Below are positions 11,349-24,155 of a stretch of DNA of 64,000 nucleotides, piece by piece. Source of the stretch: Macrostomum lignano (Eukaryota); the NCBI GenBank assembly GCA_002269645.1, contig NIVC01001505.1:186001-250000 (forward strand), given 5' to 3'. The notes beneath the pieces were generated by a model. The model was not told the DNA's origin and did not search any database. It saw only the letters and a program-made list of their open reading frames with translations. Each line of letters starts with the position of its first letter. The first letter of the stretch is position 1. Made by a program: the position numbers and the translations under genes.

Positions 11349-13048
11349 GTGATTGGAGGAGACATTCTGCTTCAAGCCGAGCCCCAGATCCTCAGCCTGA
11401 AAGAGCTGCAGCCGCCCTCGCTGACCATCGAGAAGCAGCCGGTTCGGTTCTACCGATTTCGCTACGAGTCGGAGATCGAGAAGGACAGCAGCAGAGTTGG
11501 CGGCCTGCTGCTCGGCAGGAGCTCCACCGATAGCAACAAGAGCTTCGTGAGAGTTCGCGTCAGCGGCATCGACCCAGCTGTGCACTCGCAGCTGCAGCTG
11601 ACTGTGTGCACCGTGAGCGCCGAGGAGAAGGCTCCTCATCCGTACTACCTGCACGGAGACCACTGCAGCAACGGATATTTCCAGCTGAAGAAGCCTGTTG
11701 ACGCATTGAGAGATTCTGGTGGTGAATGGGAGATCGCGTGAGTAAACATTCATGGCTGACATACGGACAGCCAGTTCAATATTCCTCAGCAGCAATATCT
11801 AATGATTGAATTAAAGACTAGATTAGACTAGAAATTTATAGTTTTATTTGCAAAAGTAATAAATGTTATGGAAATTCATGATTGACTCTTCAGCTTTGAG
11901 AGACTGGCTGTCATCTGTGTCCAAAGAAAAACTAAGAAAGACATCGAAAACCGCATGGAAGCCAGACGCAGAAATGTTCCTCAGCTTCCAAATTGTGAGC
12001 ATTTTTCTTTTCATATCGTCTCGTTTCCGCTGTTGGAGTCCAATTTAAGAAGGCTTACATACAAACGTGGCGCTGTTTCAGGTCCCACAGCTCCATCAAC
12101 TCAATACACAACCAAAGACTTTGGTCGCATTCGACTGGCGTTCTCGCTCTCATTCAGCGATATCTTCGGTAGAGGGGGGCAGCTGAGCACTGTGTTCAGC
12201 GACGAGATCGTCAGTGAGAGTGAGTTTCTCAGTTTCGTTCTGTACTCTCAGTCTATATTGGTTATTAATTAATGTGTTTCATCATTTTTTAGGGGAAAAG
12301 AAGACTATTCGGGTTGATTGTCTGAACCCAGCGGAAGTGCCAATGGAGGGCGGCAGCATGCTGGCGATCCACACCGTCACCCCTACAACAGGTGCGCTCG
12401 GTTTCAAAACTATTAAGAATTTATGGAACCAGATATAAGTTGTGAAGCACTGCGCTCATATTTGAATTTCAGGCATTCAGAAGAGTGACTTAAAGGTACA
12501 TTTCAAAATGTTCCCAGTCCTCAATGAAGTCACGGGAAAGAGAACTGAGTTCGTTGCCGACGTCAAAGAAGTTAAAAAGGTAATATACCTATATTCCAGT
12601 ACAGAAAGGAGAATTTCGCCTGACTATTATATGAGGATGTAGTGTTCGCACCATCCTAAATTGGTATAATTTTAAATGTCCTCACATGCATTTAAATATT
12701 TCTAAACAGCTAACTGTTGGAATGCTTTTGACACGTTTGACTTCCAGCACCTACTGCTTGTTAGAACTCCCGATTTGAGGAATGCAATTGTCGGTGACCG
12801 TCAGAAATGTTCGGTTGTTGTTCACAGCCACGGAGGGAAGAGTGAGGAGCTCAACATTTTGTTGGGTCTGTTCAACAGCTCTAAATGGAACCCCGGAACA
12901 CCGCCAAGTACGTACTTGTACCTTTAAGAAAGTTTTAAAGTTGGCAAACTTTTGTTTCTCCCTTCACGAGTTTTTAAATAAATTTTCAAATACACTTTGT
13001 GTTTTTGCAGAGTCCGGAACTGCTGTGAAGAGAGCGCGGCCAAGTTGA
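11349..13048 (+). CDS. Rel-homology-domain protein, copy 2 (start exon not located)
   Basis: Exons 11349-11737, 11894-11994, 12082-12219, 12293-12391, 12473-12579, 12748-12907, 13011-13048 (KSGTAVKRARPS*). All introns GT-AG and the frame is intact (343 codons plus stop). Confidence 0.88.
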
Positions 13049-13647
13049 CTCTGCTGATGAGCTGAAGCTTTTCCAACTGCCCAGAATTTACCAGTAAATT
13101 GCACTCGAAATTAGCTTCTAAAAATTGTTTTGATTCTCAGTAGAATTTTAGCCTTGAAAATTTTTGTTTTAAAATAATTAATAAGCTGGCTTTAAATATT
13201 CTCACTATAATATTGATTTGCTTTGGTTAGATTAGAATCGAACTTATTGTCCTAAAAATCTTTGAGCTGTTTTTCTTCTGCCTAAAACTTTTCTACATGA
13301 GTCATTCTGCATGAGTCGGGTATCAATGGCTCGCGCATAAATTTGATCGTATAAAGTTGACCATCGTGCGTTCGACTGTGGCACTTAACCGATTTCTAGA
13401 GAAAGCCCTGTCACGAAATATCAAGCTATTGTAATATTGGCCTAATTACGAGTACGTGTCGCAAATCTTTGATCCAGAATTTCTTTCAAAAAATTTCATC
13501 GGAATTTTTATCTTGTGTTGTGCAGTCGCTACCATTTAAAAGTTTAAATGATGAAAAACTGCCTTAGTTCCGCTTGTCAACCGGTTTACCTGGCCTGTGA
13601 TTATTTTTTCAAATCTTCCTTTTATCATCTGCTATGTTAATCTAAAT

Positions 13648-13805
13648 GGTGATGCTGGGTTAATCCCAGTGGTGATGCTGGGTTAATCCCAGTGGTGATG
13701 CTGGGTTAATCCCAGTGGGTGATGCTGGGTTAATCCCAGTGGGTGATGCTGGGTTAATCCTAATGGTGATGCTGATGGAAATCCAAATGGTGATGCTGGG
13801 ACAGT
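13648..13805. repeat. 23-24 bp minisatellite GGTGATGCTGGGTTAATCCCAGT, related to the 8250 and 23071 arrays
   Basis: Direct reading; each unit contains the CTGGG-TTAAT-CCCAG palindrome. Confidence 0.9.
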
Positions 13806-13849
13806 TCCTAATGATCAGTGACAATAATTCTAAATATAGTTACTATATA

Positions 13850-14286
13850 ATGAGGTGAACCAAAAGTCCGTGCGCTTTTTGTATGCACATTTTTAGGCGC
13901 TTATTATTTCTCTCATGAACAACATACATAATCAAGTGACGTCTCATTCGAAAGAGCATATTTTGCCGAACCAAACCACGCATGTTTTAATTCTGGTAAA
14001 TATTTCCAGTCACTGTCAGCTCTACTGAAATGAGTGCTACCAGTCGCGATAATCTCGCTATTCTGCGACATTACTGGAAGCTCGGCTTCACAGCAACGGA
14101 CGCAGCTCAAAAGATTCGCGAAACTGAAGGGCAGGATGCTCTTCAGGACAGAACAGCACAGAAGTGGTACCAGCGCTTTTCGAGTGGCGACACGAGCCTC
14201 GAAGTTCGGCCACGTTCTGGTCGACCTACCGACCTATTCTGTCTATTTTAAGTCAGAAAAACGCACGAACTTTTGGTTCACCCTAA
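13850..14286 (+). mobile_element. Internally deleted mariner (Tc1/mariner) element, 437 bp
   Basis: TIRs ATGAGGTGAACCAAAAGTCCGTGCG and rc TTAGGGTGAACCAAAAGTTCGTGCG, flanked by TA (13848-49, 14287-88). ORF 14030..14251 encodes a mariner N-terminal HTH (..RTAQKWYQRFSSGDTSLEVRPRSGRP). No DDD catalytic domain. Confidence 0.9.
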
Positions 14287-14321
14287 TAGGTTTCACTAAG
14301 CAAAGCCCGTGCGTTCTCTCC

Positions 14322-14332
14322 GGGGAAATTCC
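14322..14332 (+). promoter_or_regulatory. kB-consensus site GGGGAAATTCC
   Basis: Exact match to GGGRNWYYCC; GGAATTTCC also occurs at 14784-14792. Confidence 0.4.
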
Positions 14333-14906
14333 ATGGATTTTTCAGAGACAAACCGTGGGACTGCCAGTTACATTTGTATTTTCACTATACAATGTACGTC
14401 TCAGTGTCTTTGAAGCAAGTTACAGCAGTATTACCTGTCGCTTCAACGGCAAAAAATGAGTTAAGGAGGAAGCTGCATCAGATTCATGTAAGTACTTCCT
14501 TACTCTACTTCACATACTTCTATACTGTACTAACATTACTTCGTACACGACACTTTCAGCGCTTTAAAGCTTTTTTCAGTCAAAAGGAATATCTATCGAA
14601 AAATGGAAACACTGTCTCCACTTTTTGATGGCTATTAGTGGCACTAAAAATTAGTTTTTTAGACTGATCACCAATCCAATACCGATTCGATGAACACATC
14701 AAAACTCAGATAATTTCTGTTCAGTTTAGTTTTGCTATTCGCTTAGTACCTTGTTTTGACGGTTTTTGCCACGGTAGTTCTATGGAATTTCCACGGAGTT
14801 TGCCATAGGCTATTTTTAGAACTGACGAAAAAAACGGCAATTTAAATAGGAACTTTTATAGCTGTAAGCTCTGTAGAAGTAGCATAGCTAGGTCAAACTT
14901 AGGAAC

Positions 14907-15950
14907 TGTTGTGACAGCTAATTGAGGGAGCGAACTTTAGAGAATGCGAGCTCGATCGTGCATTTATTTTTCTGGCATGGCATTCTAACCAGAAAAGAAA
15001 TAGACTAGTGTAGTGAGTGAAACGAGGCTAGACTGCTTGTTGTAGTCGATAGCTTCCGAAAGCTTGCAGGTGAGAATAATAGCGATCAGTATATTTATTG
15101 AATTATTGAGCTGAGTCAGAATGGTGGCTAAAGTCGCACCATGCACATTTGATATTGTACGCATAAGGGTTGAGCTAGCAGAGTCACGCGGCGCAGCCGC
15201 TAACAACCCCCCAACACACACGATAGTAGGCGCTGCCTACAACTAGTAGGTTAATAGAGGCTGACAGTTTAACGTATAAAGCTTTAACGAGACACAGCCA
15301 CAACTGTAACAACTTGTGCCAATAGACTTTCGAGCAAATCGTAGTCCTTCACGGCTAAAACATCTCCCCTTCGATAGCAAACCTGTGAACTAGAATAGTG
15401 AGGCTTCAGAGGGATCAGAGGGATCAGGCATCAGAGGGGAGGATGCTGGTATCGCATTGGGGAGAGTAGACAGACAGTCGACAGTAGTTGAGCGCCTGCA
15501 GGAATCAAGGAAGCGAGTACTCGTAGGGGCTCTCTTCTGTCGGCTGCTACGTCGCGGTGGTTGCGCATCCGGATCACGTGAATCACCGGCATATGTCTCG
15601 TTTTCCGGTCCACGTGGCTCGACGTCAGCGGCCGGGACATTTCCATCATCATCATCCTCCAATGGATATGGGGGAGCTGGCTGGTGCTTGCTAGGCGTAG
15701 CGATTCGCCATCGAGAACCCGAGCGGTGATGCGGCTTTGGTTCATCAGTAAATCAATCTGATTGGAAAGTTTCGAGCTAATAGGTTGATACAAGACTATC
15801 TCTGCACAACTTGTTAATATTGTGAGACGACTGTGAGTCGCAGCTGTCTGCCAAACATCAGTTCGGCGAAACTCTTGCCACATGGGATGTTGATGTTGAT
15901 GATATGCGATAATGGAAGAGAATCCTTAACAAGTATTGGATAAAATCAGC
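14907..15950 (-). mobile_element. 3' remnant of a Ty3/Gypsy LTR retrotransposon (integrase tail, PPT, 3' LTR)
   Basis: Minus strand reads CGKSFAELMFGRQLR (~15835-15880, integrase C-terminal motif) and RRSSRQKRAP. PPT AAGGGGAGA abuts a 456-bp LTR 14907-15362 bounded by TGT...ACA with AATAAA near its 3' end. Confidence 0.8.
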
Positions 15951-16804
15951 TTTATTAGTCTTGATGTTCCTGGCTTTGAGTGCGCTTTACCATCTGCACC
16001 GTGCGCTCAGCGGCCCCGTCGGCTTGCTTATAATAGATTGGGGATTCGAGCTTCCGGATCCCGTTAGTCGTAAGCCAGGAGCGCAGCGATAAATTACTTT
16101 CAATTTTTTTACCAACAAAAGGTGAAGAGCTGTTTGATACATGCTGAGATGTGACTTTATGCAGTTAGTTATGCTCAGAGTACATGCGGTTCAGAGACTG
16201 CAGTGAGGCATTGACAGTTTCAAGAGCGTATTCTGCGCTCTTGATGCCTGTAACATCAAGACTGCATTTTGTGTGCCAATGCACTGGCGTACAGGCGGCT
16301 AAAATTAATCCATGGCAGCAGTTCGCCTACCTAGAAAACAAGCAAGCCGTAACTTGTTTGAAATTCCACCTGGCTAAATGTACAGGTCACAATGCAGCAG
16401 CTGCAGATTCATTCGCCAGCTCTGGGGCAGCAACAGCTGGCAGGGGGCTACGCTAAGCATCTGTTGTCCTATGAGCCTGACCGGAACCCAATGATTGCGG
16501 CTACAAGCACGCAAGCGGTGAGCACACGACTCTAAACCCAGTTTTTAGCTAAAATAGATACAATATCTAGAAGTAACTACGAGTGCGATCGGATTTTGTA
16601 ACATTACTCCCACGATATTTTTGTCTTCATTAGTTTTTAAAAAAGGCACCAGTTAGATCAATTCATCTTATCTGCACCTCTCGCTCTGTGAAATAACTCT
16701 TTCCGAAATTGTCAATGCGATTTTAGCTTCTAAATGAAATCGAAGCAAGTGAAGTCGAGTACTGCGAATATTCTGGATCTGTAACAGCTTCAGACGAAAC
16801 TCAG

Positions 16805-18572
16805 GTGATTGGAGGAGACATTCTGCTTCAAGCCGAGCCCCAGCTCCTCAGCCTGAAAGAGCCGCAGCCGCCGTCGCTGACCATCGAGGAGCAGCCGGCT
16901 CGGTTCTACCGATTTCGCTACGAGTCGGAGATCGAGAAGGACAGCAGCAGAGTTGGCGGCCTGCTGCTCGGCAGGAGCTCCACCGATGGCAACAAGAGCT
17001 TCGTGAGAGTTCGCGTAAGCAGCATCGACCAAGCTGTGCACTCGCAGCTGCAGCTGACTGTGTGCACCGTGAGCGCCGAGGAGAAGGCTCCTCATCCGTA
17101 CTACCTGCACGGAGACCACTGCAGCAACGGATATTTCCAGCGGAATAAGTCTGTTGATTCATTGAGAGATTCTGGTGGTGAATGGGAGATCGCGTGAGTA
17201 AAAATTCATGGCTGACACATGAAAGGTCAATTTAATATTTGTTGGCGACAATATTTAATTTATTAATTGTCAGATTTGATGGTACAGTGAGAGTTTTATT
17301 TTCGAATTAAAGTAGTGATACTGCATGATTGACTCTTCAGCTTTGAGCGACTGGCTGTCATCTGTATCATCAGGAAGACTAAGAAAGACATCGAAAACGG
17401 CATGGAAGCCAGACGCAGAAATGTTCCTCAGCTTCCAAATTGTGAGCATTTTGTTCTTCGTGATCCTTTACAAAAACTGCTACTTTCCTTATAAACAGAA
17501 AAAAAATGGAAGCCTCGCTTTTGCTGTTGGAGTCTAATTTAAGAAGGCTTACATACGAACTTGGCGCTATTTTAGGTCTCACAGCTCCATCAACTCAATA
17601 CACAACCAAAAACTTTGGTCGCATTCGACTGGCGTTCTCGCTCTCATTCAGCGATATCTTTGGCAAAGAATGGCAGCTGAGCACTGTGTTCAGCGACCCG
17701 ATCGTCAGTGAGAGTGAGTGTCTTAGTTTCGTTCTGAACTCTCAGTCAAAAATGGTCATTAGTCAATGTGTTTCACCATTTTCAGAGGAAAATAAGACTA
17801 TACAGGTCGATTGTCTGAACCCTGTGGAAGTTCCAAAGGAGGGCGGCAGCATGCTGGCGATCCACACCAGCACCCCTACAACAGGTGCGCTCGGTTTCAA
17901 CGGTATTAAAAACTTTTGATCTGAAATTATCACACAAAATAAATACCGTGATTCCTACTGTTCGAATTTCAGGCATTCAGAAGAGTGACATAAAGATACA
18001 TTTCATTGTCACCAATGAAGCCACGGGAGACCGAACTGAGTTCGTGGTCGATGTCGATGTTGTTAAAAAGGTGATATGCTTATTTTTATCCTCCACCCGT
18101 ATCTAGATACGCTCGTAGTACAGAAGGGAAATTTTGGCCTGACTATTTTATGAAGATGTAGCTTTCGCACCATCCTTAAGTGGTGTAACTTTTAATTCCC
18201 TCACGTGCATTTGCTGTCAGGCCGAGAAGTAGCTGAATTTTAAATGGCTTTAACAACCTTTGACCTCCAGCACCTACTGCATTTGAGGACTCCCGATTTG
18301 AGGCGCACCACTGCAACTGTCAATGAGCGGCAGAAATGTTCGGTTGTTGTCCACAGCCACGGATGGAAGGGTAAAGAGCTCAGCATTAATTTCGTAAGAG
18401 ATCAGGCCAACAGCTCCAAGGGGAACCCCGGAATACCTCCACGTACGTTCTTGTGCATTTGAGAACGTCTAAAATTAATCATTTTGTGCTCGAATATTTA
18501 TTCTTTCACTCAATAAACTCTCGGGTTTTTGCAGAATCTGGGACTTCTCTGAAGAGAGCGCGGTCAAGTTGA
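16805..18572 (+). CDS. Rel-homology-domain protein, copy 3 (start exon not located)
   Basis: Exons 16805-17193, 17341-17441, 17576-17713, 17786-17884, 17973-18070, 18271-18442, 18535-18572 (QSGTSLKRARSS*). Frame intact. Upstream ~16120-16800 is a near-identical duplicate of ~10715-11345. Confidence 0.88.
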
Positions 18573-19281
18573 CACTGCTGCTGAGCTGAAGGCTTCGTTT
18601 GACTGCCCAGAATCCACCTGTAAATTGCACCAGTTTCCGAAATTTGAATAGCCATGAAAATTGCTTTGTTGAATTTCATTTTTTAACCAATAAATGGGCT
18701 GGCTATAAATACTCTCACTAGCTCGTATGATATTTTTTCACTGGTTCGATTAGCTTCGAACTCATTGTTGCCTAAATCATTGAGATGTTTTTTTGCCTGC
18801 CTAAAATCTTCCATGTGAGTAGCAATGGTCTGCGGTTGCGTATTGAGTTGCTGATAAAATTGACCTTACATGAGCCAACCAAGAACCAATTCTCTCCTAC
18901 AAAAATTATGATGCTTTTGTGTTGAATTTCATGAAAGAAATATAAAAGAAGTATGCACAAATTGGTTATTTGATGTGTTCCTTTACTTCCAAGACTCTCA
19001 GTAATCAAGGAACAATCACGTCTAGCTTCTTTGCTAGGCAACCCAGTTATCAAATGAAGGTACTGCTTATCTTGACTCCGGTTTGAGAGATCTTCTTGTA
19101 GTTCTCGGACTTCTTGACTCGTTAGACGTCTATGTTTCATAAACCAGGTCCACGTTCCTTTACTTCCACTGAAGTCGTTTTCGGCCGGTATATGTCGTTT
19201 GGACCAATCAGAAGCTTCGTATTAACAATGGGGATCCCTGCGCCTTAATGCGGTTTCAAATAAGCCTTCTCCTTCTAGCGG

Positions 19282-19837
19282 TGTCTTAATGCACCCTAGG
19301 TATAGCTCCGGTATTCACTGATAGTCCTCTAAGATCTATCAGGGTAGTCCTTCTGGAGACTACGAGCGTACAACCAATGGAGTCACAAATGGACTCAAGA
19401 GTCTCAACAGACTTAACACTATAACAATAGTGAGTCGACTCAAACAACGGGCGCAAATGAGCAAGGCTTACCGCAACAACTCGACCGAGTCTCGATTGAC
19501 TTGGTGATTGGGAAGTCCTCCTAAGGCTTCCTCTTCGAAGCTTCTTCTTCCTTCTGGAAGGCAAAATCGGAAGCTCGGGTCCGCTCTGGACCACTTGTAT
19601 TTATAGGCAATCGGACCCCGCATGAGGTCGTTGAGTTCATGCTCTTAAATGTCAAAGGGTCACGGATTGGTTGCTGTCAAACATGGCAGGTTAGAAAGTT
19701 ACTCCATTGGTTTAGTGTAAAAGCGCATGATTGGTTACTGCATTTGAGTTATTTTTGGTTACATTTGATTGGTTCACCTGAGTCCGGGCTGAATGATGCA
19801 TCTCACCTGGGGTTTGAGCTGACAAGTGCAGGTTACA
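19282..19837 (-). other. LTR-like segment carrying a CCAAT/TATA promoter on the minus strand
   Basis: Minus strand begins TGTAAC, has four CCAAT boxes (19640-19775), TATAAATA at ~19598-19605, and ends ...AAGACA. No TSD or PBS was found. Confidence 0.3.
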
Positions 19838-20255
19838 CGTGATGGGGGGATTTCTAAAATTAGCATGCTCGAGATTTCTCTCTTCCTATTGTTTGATTCA
19901 AATATATGTATGGTTCAGCGCATATTTTTATACATGCTACTTGTCTTACTACTATGTAAGTAGGACGTTAACAATTTTATCACTTTTTTGAGGGAGGTAA
20001 AACACTCTACATATGTTTGTTTCTCTCGTCTCGTAATTAAGTGTCCTACGTACGGCACACTTGTTGCACATCACTGTTCAATTTTTACGTCAAGATTATT
20101 TATAGAAGTGGCGCACTGCTCTGGCCACTACACTGCACATTCACACTCGTACATTCAATGGTACAAGGTACTTACTTCGCCTTGAGGGCATAAAGATTCA
20201 TCTTTGGTACCTTATCCTAACTATCAAAGCCAAACTTAAAATTTACGAGCCTAAA

Positions 20256-22560
20256 ATGGTGAGTTGCTTCCTGCCAAACTAATAGCTTTAAAAATTTTAA
20301 AGAAACTTTTCCAAGTTGATACTTCTCCTGCCCAAGAGCTAGCTAATTATTTCATGTGATTTCCTAAGACAAGGTCATGCGTTATCCAGACCTCATTTGC
20401 TACATGAAAAAGCTTGACATTTTCTAGGGTTACTGGAATTCAGAAGCTTCACACTGTCAAAGGGTACACTGATCCTCCTTCGCACACTTGTGACAGGCCT
20501 TCAGCTATTGAATTATCAGGATTTATAGCTTTGCTGTGCCACCATGCGATGTACTTTGTACGTATATGCATTTGAAAGGACGATTAGATAGAGCTATCAT
20601 GGTAATAAATGTACACAGGAGGGTTTTTGGTACCCTGGCGCAATGCCGGGCATCAGTTCTTTTTAAGAAGGCAATCCATTAGATCAAGCCATCTTATCTG
20701 CAACTTTGGCTCTGTTAAATATTGCCACCACGTAAAAATAGAAGTTTTGCTGTAAATTTTAATAAAGGTGGGTTATTACCCTGGTCGAAAAACAACACTC
20801 TTTCCGATCTTACCGATTCGATTTTAGCTTCTAAATGAAATCGTAGCAAGTGAAGTGGAGTACTGCGAATATTCTGGATCTGTAGCAGCTTCAGACGAAA
20901 CTCAGGTGAATGGCAGAGACTTTCTGCTTCAAGCGGAGCCCCAGATCCTCAGCCTGAAAGAGCCGCCGCCGCCGTCGCTGACCATCGAGGAGCAGCCGGC
21001 TCGGTTCTACGGATTTCGCTACGAGTCTCAGCAAGCAAGCTACCACCTTGGCCGCCTGCTGCTCGGCAGGAGCTCCACCGATGGCAACAAGAGCTTCATG
21101 AGAGTTCGCGTCAGCGGCATCGACCCAGCTGTGCACTCGCAGCTGCAGCTGACTGTGTGCACCGTGAGCGCCGAGGAGAAGGCTCCTCATCCGTACTACC
21201 TGCACGGAGACCACTGCAGCAACGGATATTTCCAGCTGAATAAGTCTGTTGACGCATTGAGAGATTCTGGTGGAGAATGGGAGATTACGTGAGTAAAAAT
21301 TCATGGCTGACACATGAAAGGTCAATTCAATATTTGATGGCGACAATATTTAATTTATTAATTGTCAGATTTGATCGTACAGTGAGAGTTTTATTTTCGA
21401 ATTAAAGTAGTGATAATGCATGGTTGACTCTTCAGCTTTGAGAGACTGGCTGTCATTTGTGTCATAAGGAAGACTAAGAAAGACATCGAAGACGGCGCAT
21501 GGAAGCCAGACGCAGAAATGTTCCTCGGCTTCCAGATTGTGAGCATTTATCTTTTCATATCGTCTCGTTTTCGCCGTTGAAGTCCAATTTATTGAAGCTG
21601 ACGTACAAACTTGGCGCTGTTTCAGGTCCCACAGCTCCATCAACTCAATACACAACCCAAAACTGGGGTCGCATTCGACTGGCGTTCTCGCTCTCATTCG
21701 TCGATTTCTTTGGTAGAGAAGGGCAGCTGAGCACGGTGTTCAGCGACCCGATCGTCAGTGAGAGTGAGTTTCTCATTTTCGTTCTGAACTGTCAGTCAAT
21801 AATTGTAATTCTTTAATGTGTTTCACAATTTTTAGAGGAATTAAAGCTTATTCAGGTCGATTGTGTGAACCCAGCGGAAGTGCCAAAGGAGGGCGGCAGC
21901 ATGTTGGCGATCCACACCAGCACCCCTACAACAGGTGCGCTCGGTTTCAACACTATTTAATAACTAATTTTCTGCTGAAATTCTCGCACAAAATAAATAC
22001 CGTGATTCCTACTGTTCGAATTTCAGGCATTCAGAAGAAAGACATAAAGGTACATTTCGCTGTCATCAATGAAGCCACGGGAAACCGAACTGAGTTCGTT
22101 GTCGATCTCGTTGAAGTTAAAAAGGTGATATGCTTATCTTTACCCGTATCTAGGTATTACAGAAAGGACTATTTTATGAAGATGTAGCTAGTGTTCATTC
22201 GTTGCTTAAGTTGTGTAATTTTAATTCCTTTTGACACGTTTAATTTCCAGCATCTACTGCTTGTGAGGACTCCCGATCTGAGGCACGCAACTGTCAGTGA
22301 AAGTGAACGGCAGAAATGTTCGGTTGTTGTCCATAGCCATGAATGGAAGAGTGAGGAGCGGAGCATTGTGTTTCTAAGAGATCTGCCCAACAGCTTTAAG
22401 TGGAACACCGGAACACCTCCACGTACGTTATGTTTTTAAGAAAGTTTCAAAGTTACAAACATTTAGTTTTTCCTTTGCGAGTTTTAAAATTTATTTTTCA
22501 ACACACTTTTGGATTGTTGCAGAATCCGGAACTGCTGTGAAGAGAGCGCGGCCAATTTGA
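20256..22560 (+). pseudogene. Rel-homology-domain gene, copy 4: altered DNA-recognition loop and a 2-nt frameshift in the second RHD exon
   Basis: ATG|gtgag at 20256-20258; exons 20906-21288, 21436-21538 (103 nt vs 101 in paralogs; GGCGCATG vs GGCATG), 21626-21763, 21836-21934, 22027-22124, 22251-22422, 22523-22560 (KRARPI*). The loop reads FYGFRYESQQASYHLG. Confidence 0.75.
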
Positions 22561-23070
22561 CACAGCTAATGAGCTGAAGCTTTGTGCAACTGCCCAGAAT
22601 CCACCTGTAAATTGCACTCGAAATTCTATAAGCTGCGAAAAAAGTGTTTTATTTCTCAGTAGGCTTTTAGCCTTAAATTTTTTTTAATAGTTAATAAACA
22701 GGTTTTGAATATTCTTATTATAATATTATTTTGCACTGGTTCGAAATCACGGAGATGTTCTTTCTGCCTAAAGATTTTCTGCATGACTCATGTATCAATG
22801 GCTCGTGTATTAATTTGATCGTAACTTTGACCATCGTGCGTTCGATTGTGCCGATTTTCTAAAGAAAGCACTATCACGAAAAATCAATCCTTCTTCTGTT
22901 TTATGACAGGCTTATTTACCACTACCCAACACAAATCTTATAGCCAGGATTTCCTTCAATCCTTCAATCAATCAAGTAGTGGTAAATCAATCAAGTTCGA
23001 TCAATCAATCAATCGATCCTTCAATAAAGTTCGAGTGAATTTCGGTTTAATTTCTTTTTCGGCAAAAAAG

Positions 23071-23215
23071 AGATCCCAATAGTGATGCAGGGTTAATTCC
23101 AATGGTGATGCTGATGGAGATCCCTGTGGTGATGCAGGGTTAATTCCAATGGTGATGCTGATGGAGATCCCTGTGGTGATGCAGGGATAATTCCAATAGT
23201 GATGCTGATGGAGAT
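23071..23215. repeat. GGTGATGC-type minisatellite, third member of the family
   Basis: Contains GGGTTAATTCC, GGAGATCCC and GGGATAATTCC units. Confidence 0.85.
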
Positions 23216-23224
23216 AAATTCGCG

Positions 23225-23895
23225 GCCCCGCATGTAAGGTCACAGTGAGGGTGCGTCAGATGGCGCGCCGCAGAGCTTGAGAGCGGAATTCGAAAGTCCG
23301 CCCCGTTGGCAGTGTCGGGTGCCCCTGCGTCGCACAGCAGGCAGTCCACGTTCATGTATCGGCGGGTTTGGGCCTGAGCCTGCCTGAACGGGCCCTGCAA
23401 GATGTGCAGCAAGGCGTCCTGAACAGGTTGGGGGCAGTAGCCCTCGGACTGGATCACGTGGCCCGCAAGTTGAAGTTGCCGATGATGATGGATGATGGAT
23501 GATGGACGGGCGCTGCAGCTGCCCAGAATCCACCTGTAAATTGCACTCGAAATTCTATAAGCTGTACAGAGGTACAGAGCCTCTTTCCCGACGCTCTCGA
23601 CAGCTCGAAAGGCCGCGCGTAGCAGCTGTGATTAGCGTAGCCGTCAGCGTCCACGTCTCGGCTTAGTATGCAGGACGGTTTCGACCACCGCCAGGCCACA
23701 GCCGAGCTCTCTGGCGGTCGGGCAGCGCTTCGGACTGGAGGACGACCCAAATCGAACGGAAGGCCGCCCAGGCAAGTCCTCTGCGCCGTCGGAGGTCCTC
23801 TTTCACGTGGGGCACAAGACCGCCGAGGTAGGTGAACCGCTGGCAGCGTGCGAACGTGGTCGTCTGCCCGTCTGCGCCGCGATTATGTTCGTTGC
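23225..23895 (-). mobile_element. Degenerate 3' fragment of an RTE-like non-LTR retrotransposon reverse transcriptase ORF
   Basis: Minus strand reads FTYLGG..DLRRRRGLAWAAF..VETVL..AETWTLTA..RQLQLAGHVI..CPQPVQD, typical of the region after the RT domain in RTE-clade LINEs. It is interrupted by a 51-bp insert at 23514-23564. Confidence 0.75.
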
Positions 23896-24155
23896 TTCGG
23901 CACTTGTTGTGCACACCAGAATTTAATTCTTACGTCAAATTTATTTATAGAAGTTGAAAGAAGGGACAATGTTTGCTACGAGCGTTCGTGAAAGGCTCGC
24001 AGTGGGGTGCGCTCCTACGGCCACTACACTGCACAATCGTACAAGGTACTTCGCCCTGCTGGCATAAAATGCATTTTGGTACCTTATCCTGACTATCAAG
24101 ATCAACTGCTCTTGAAATCTATTGAATTTGTTTCTTATTGAAATTTACAGACAAG

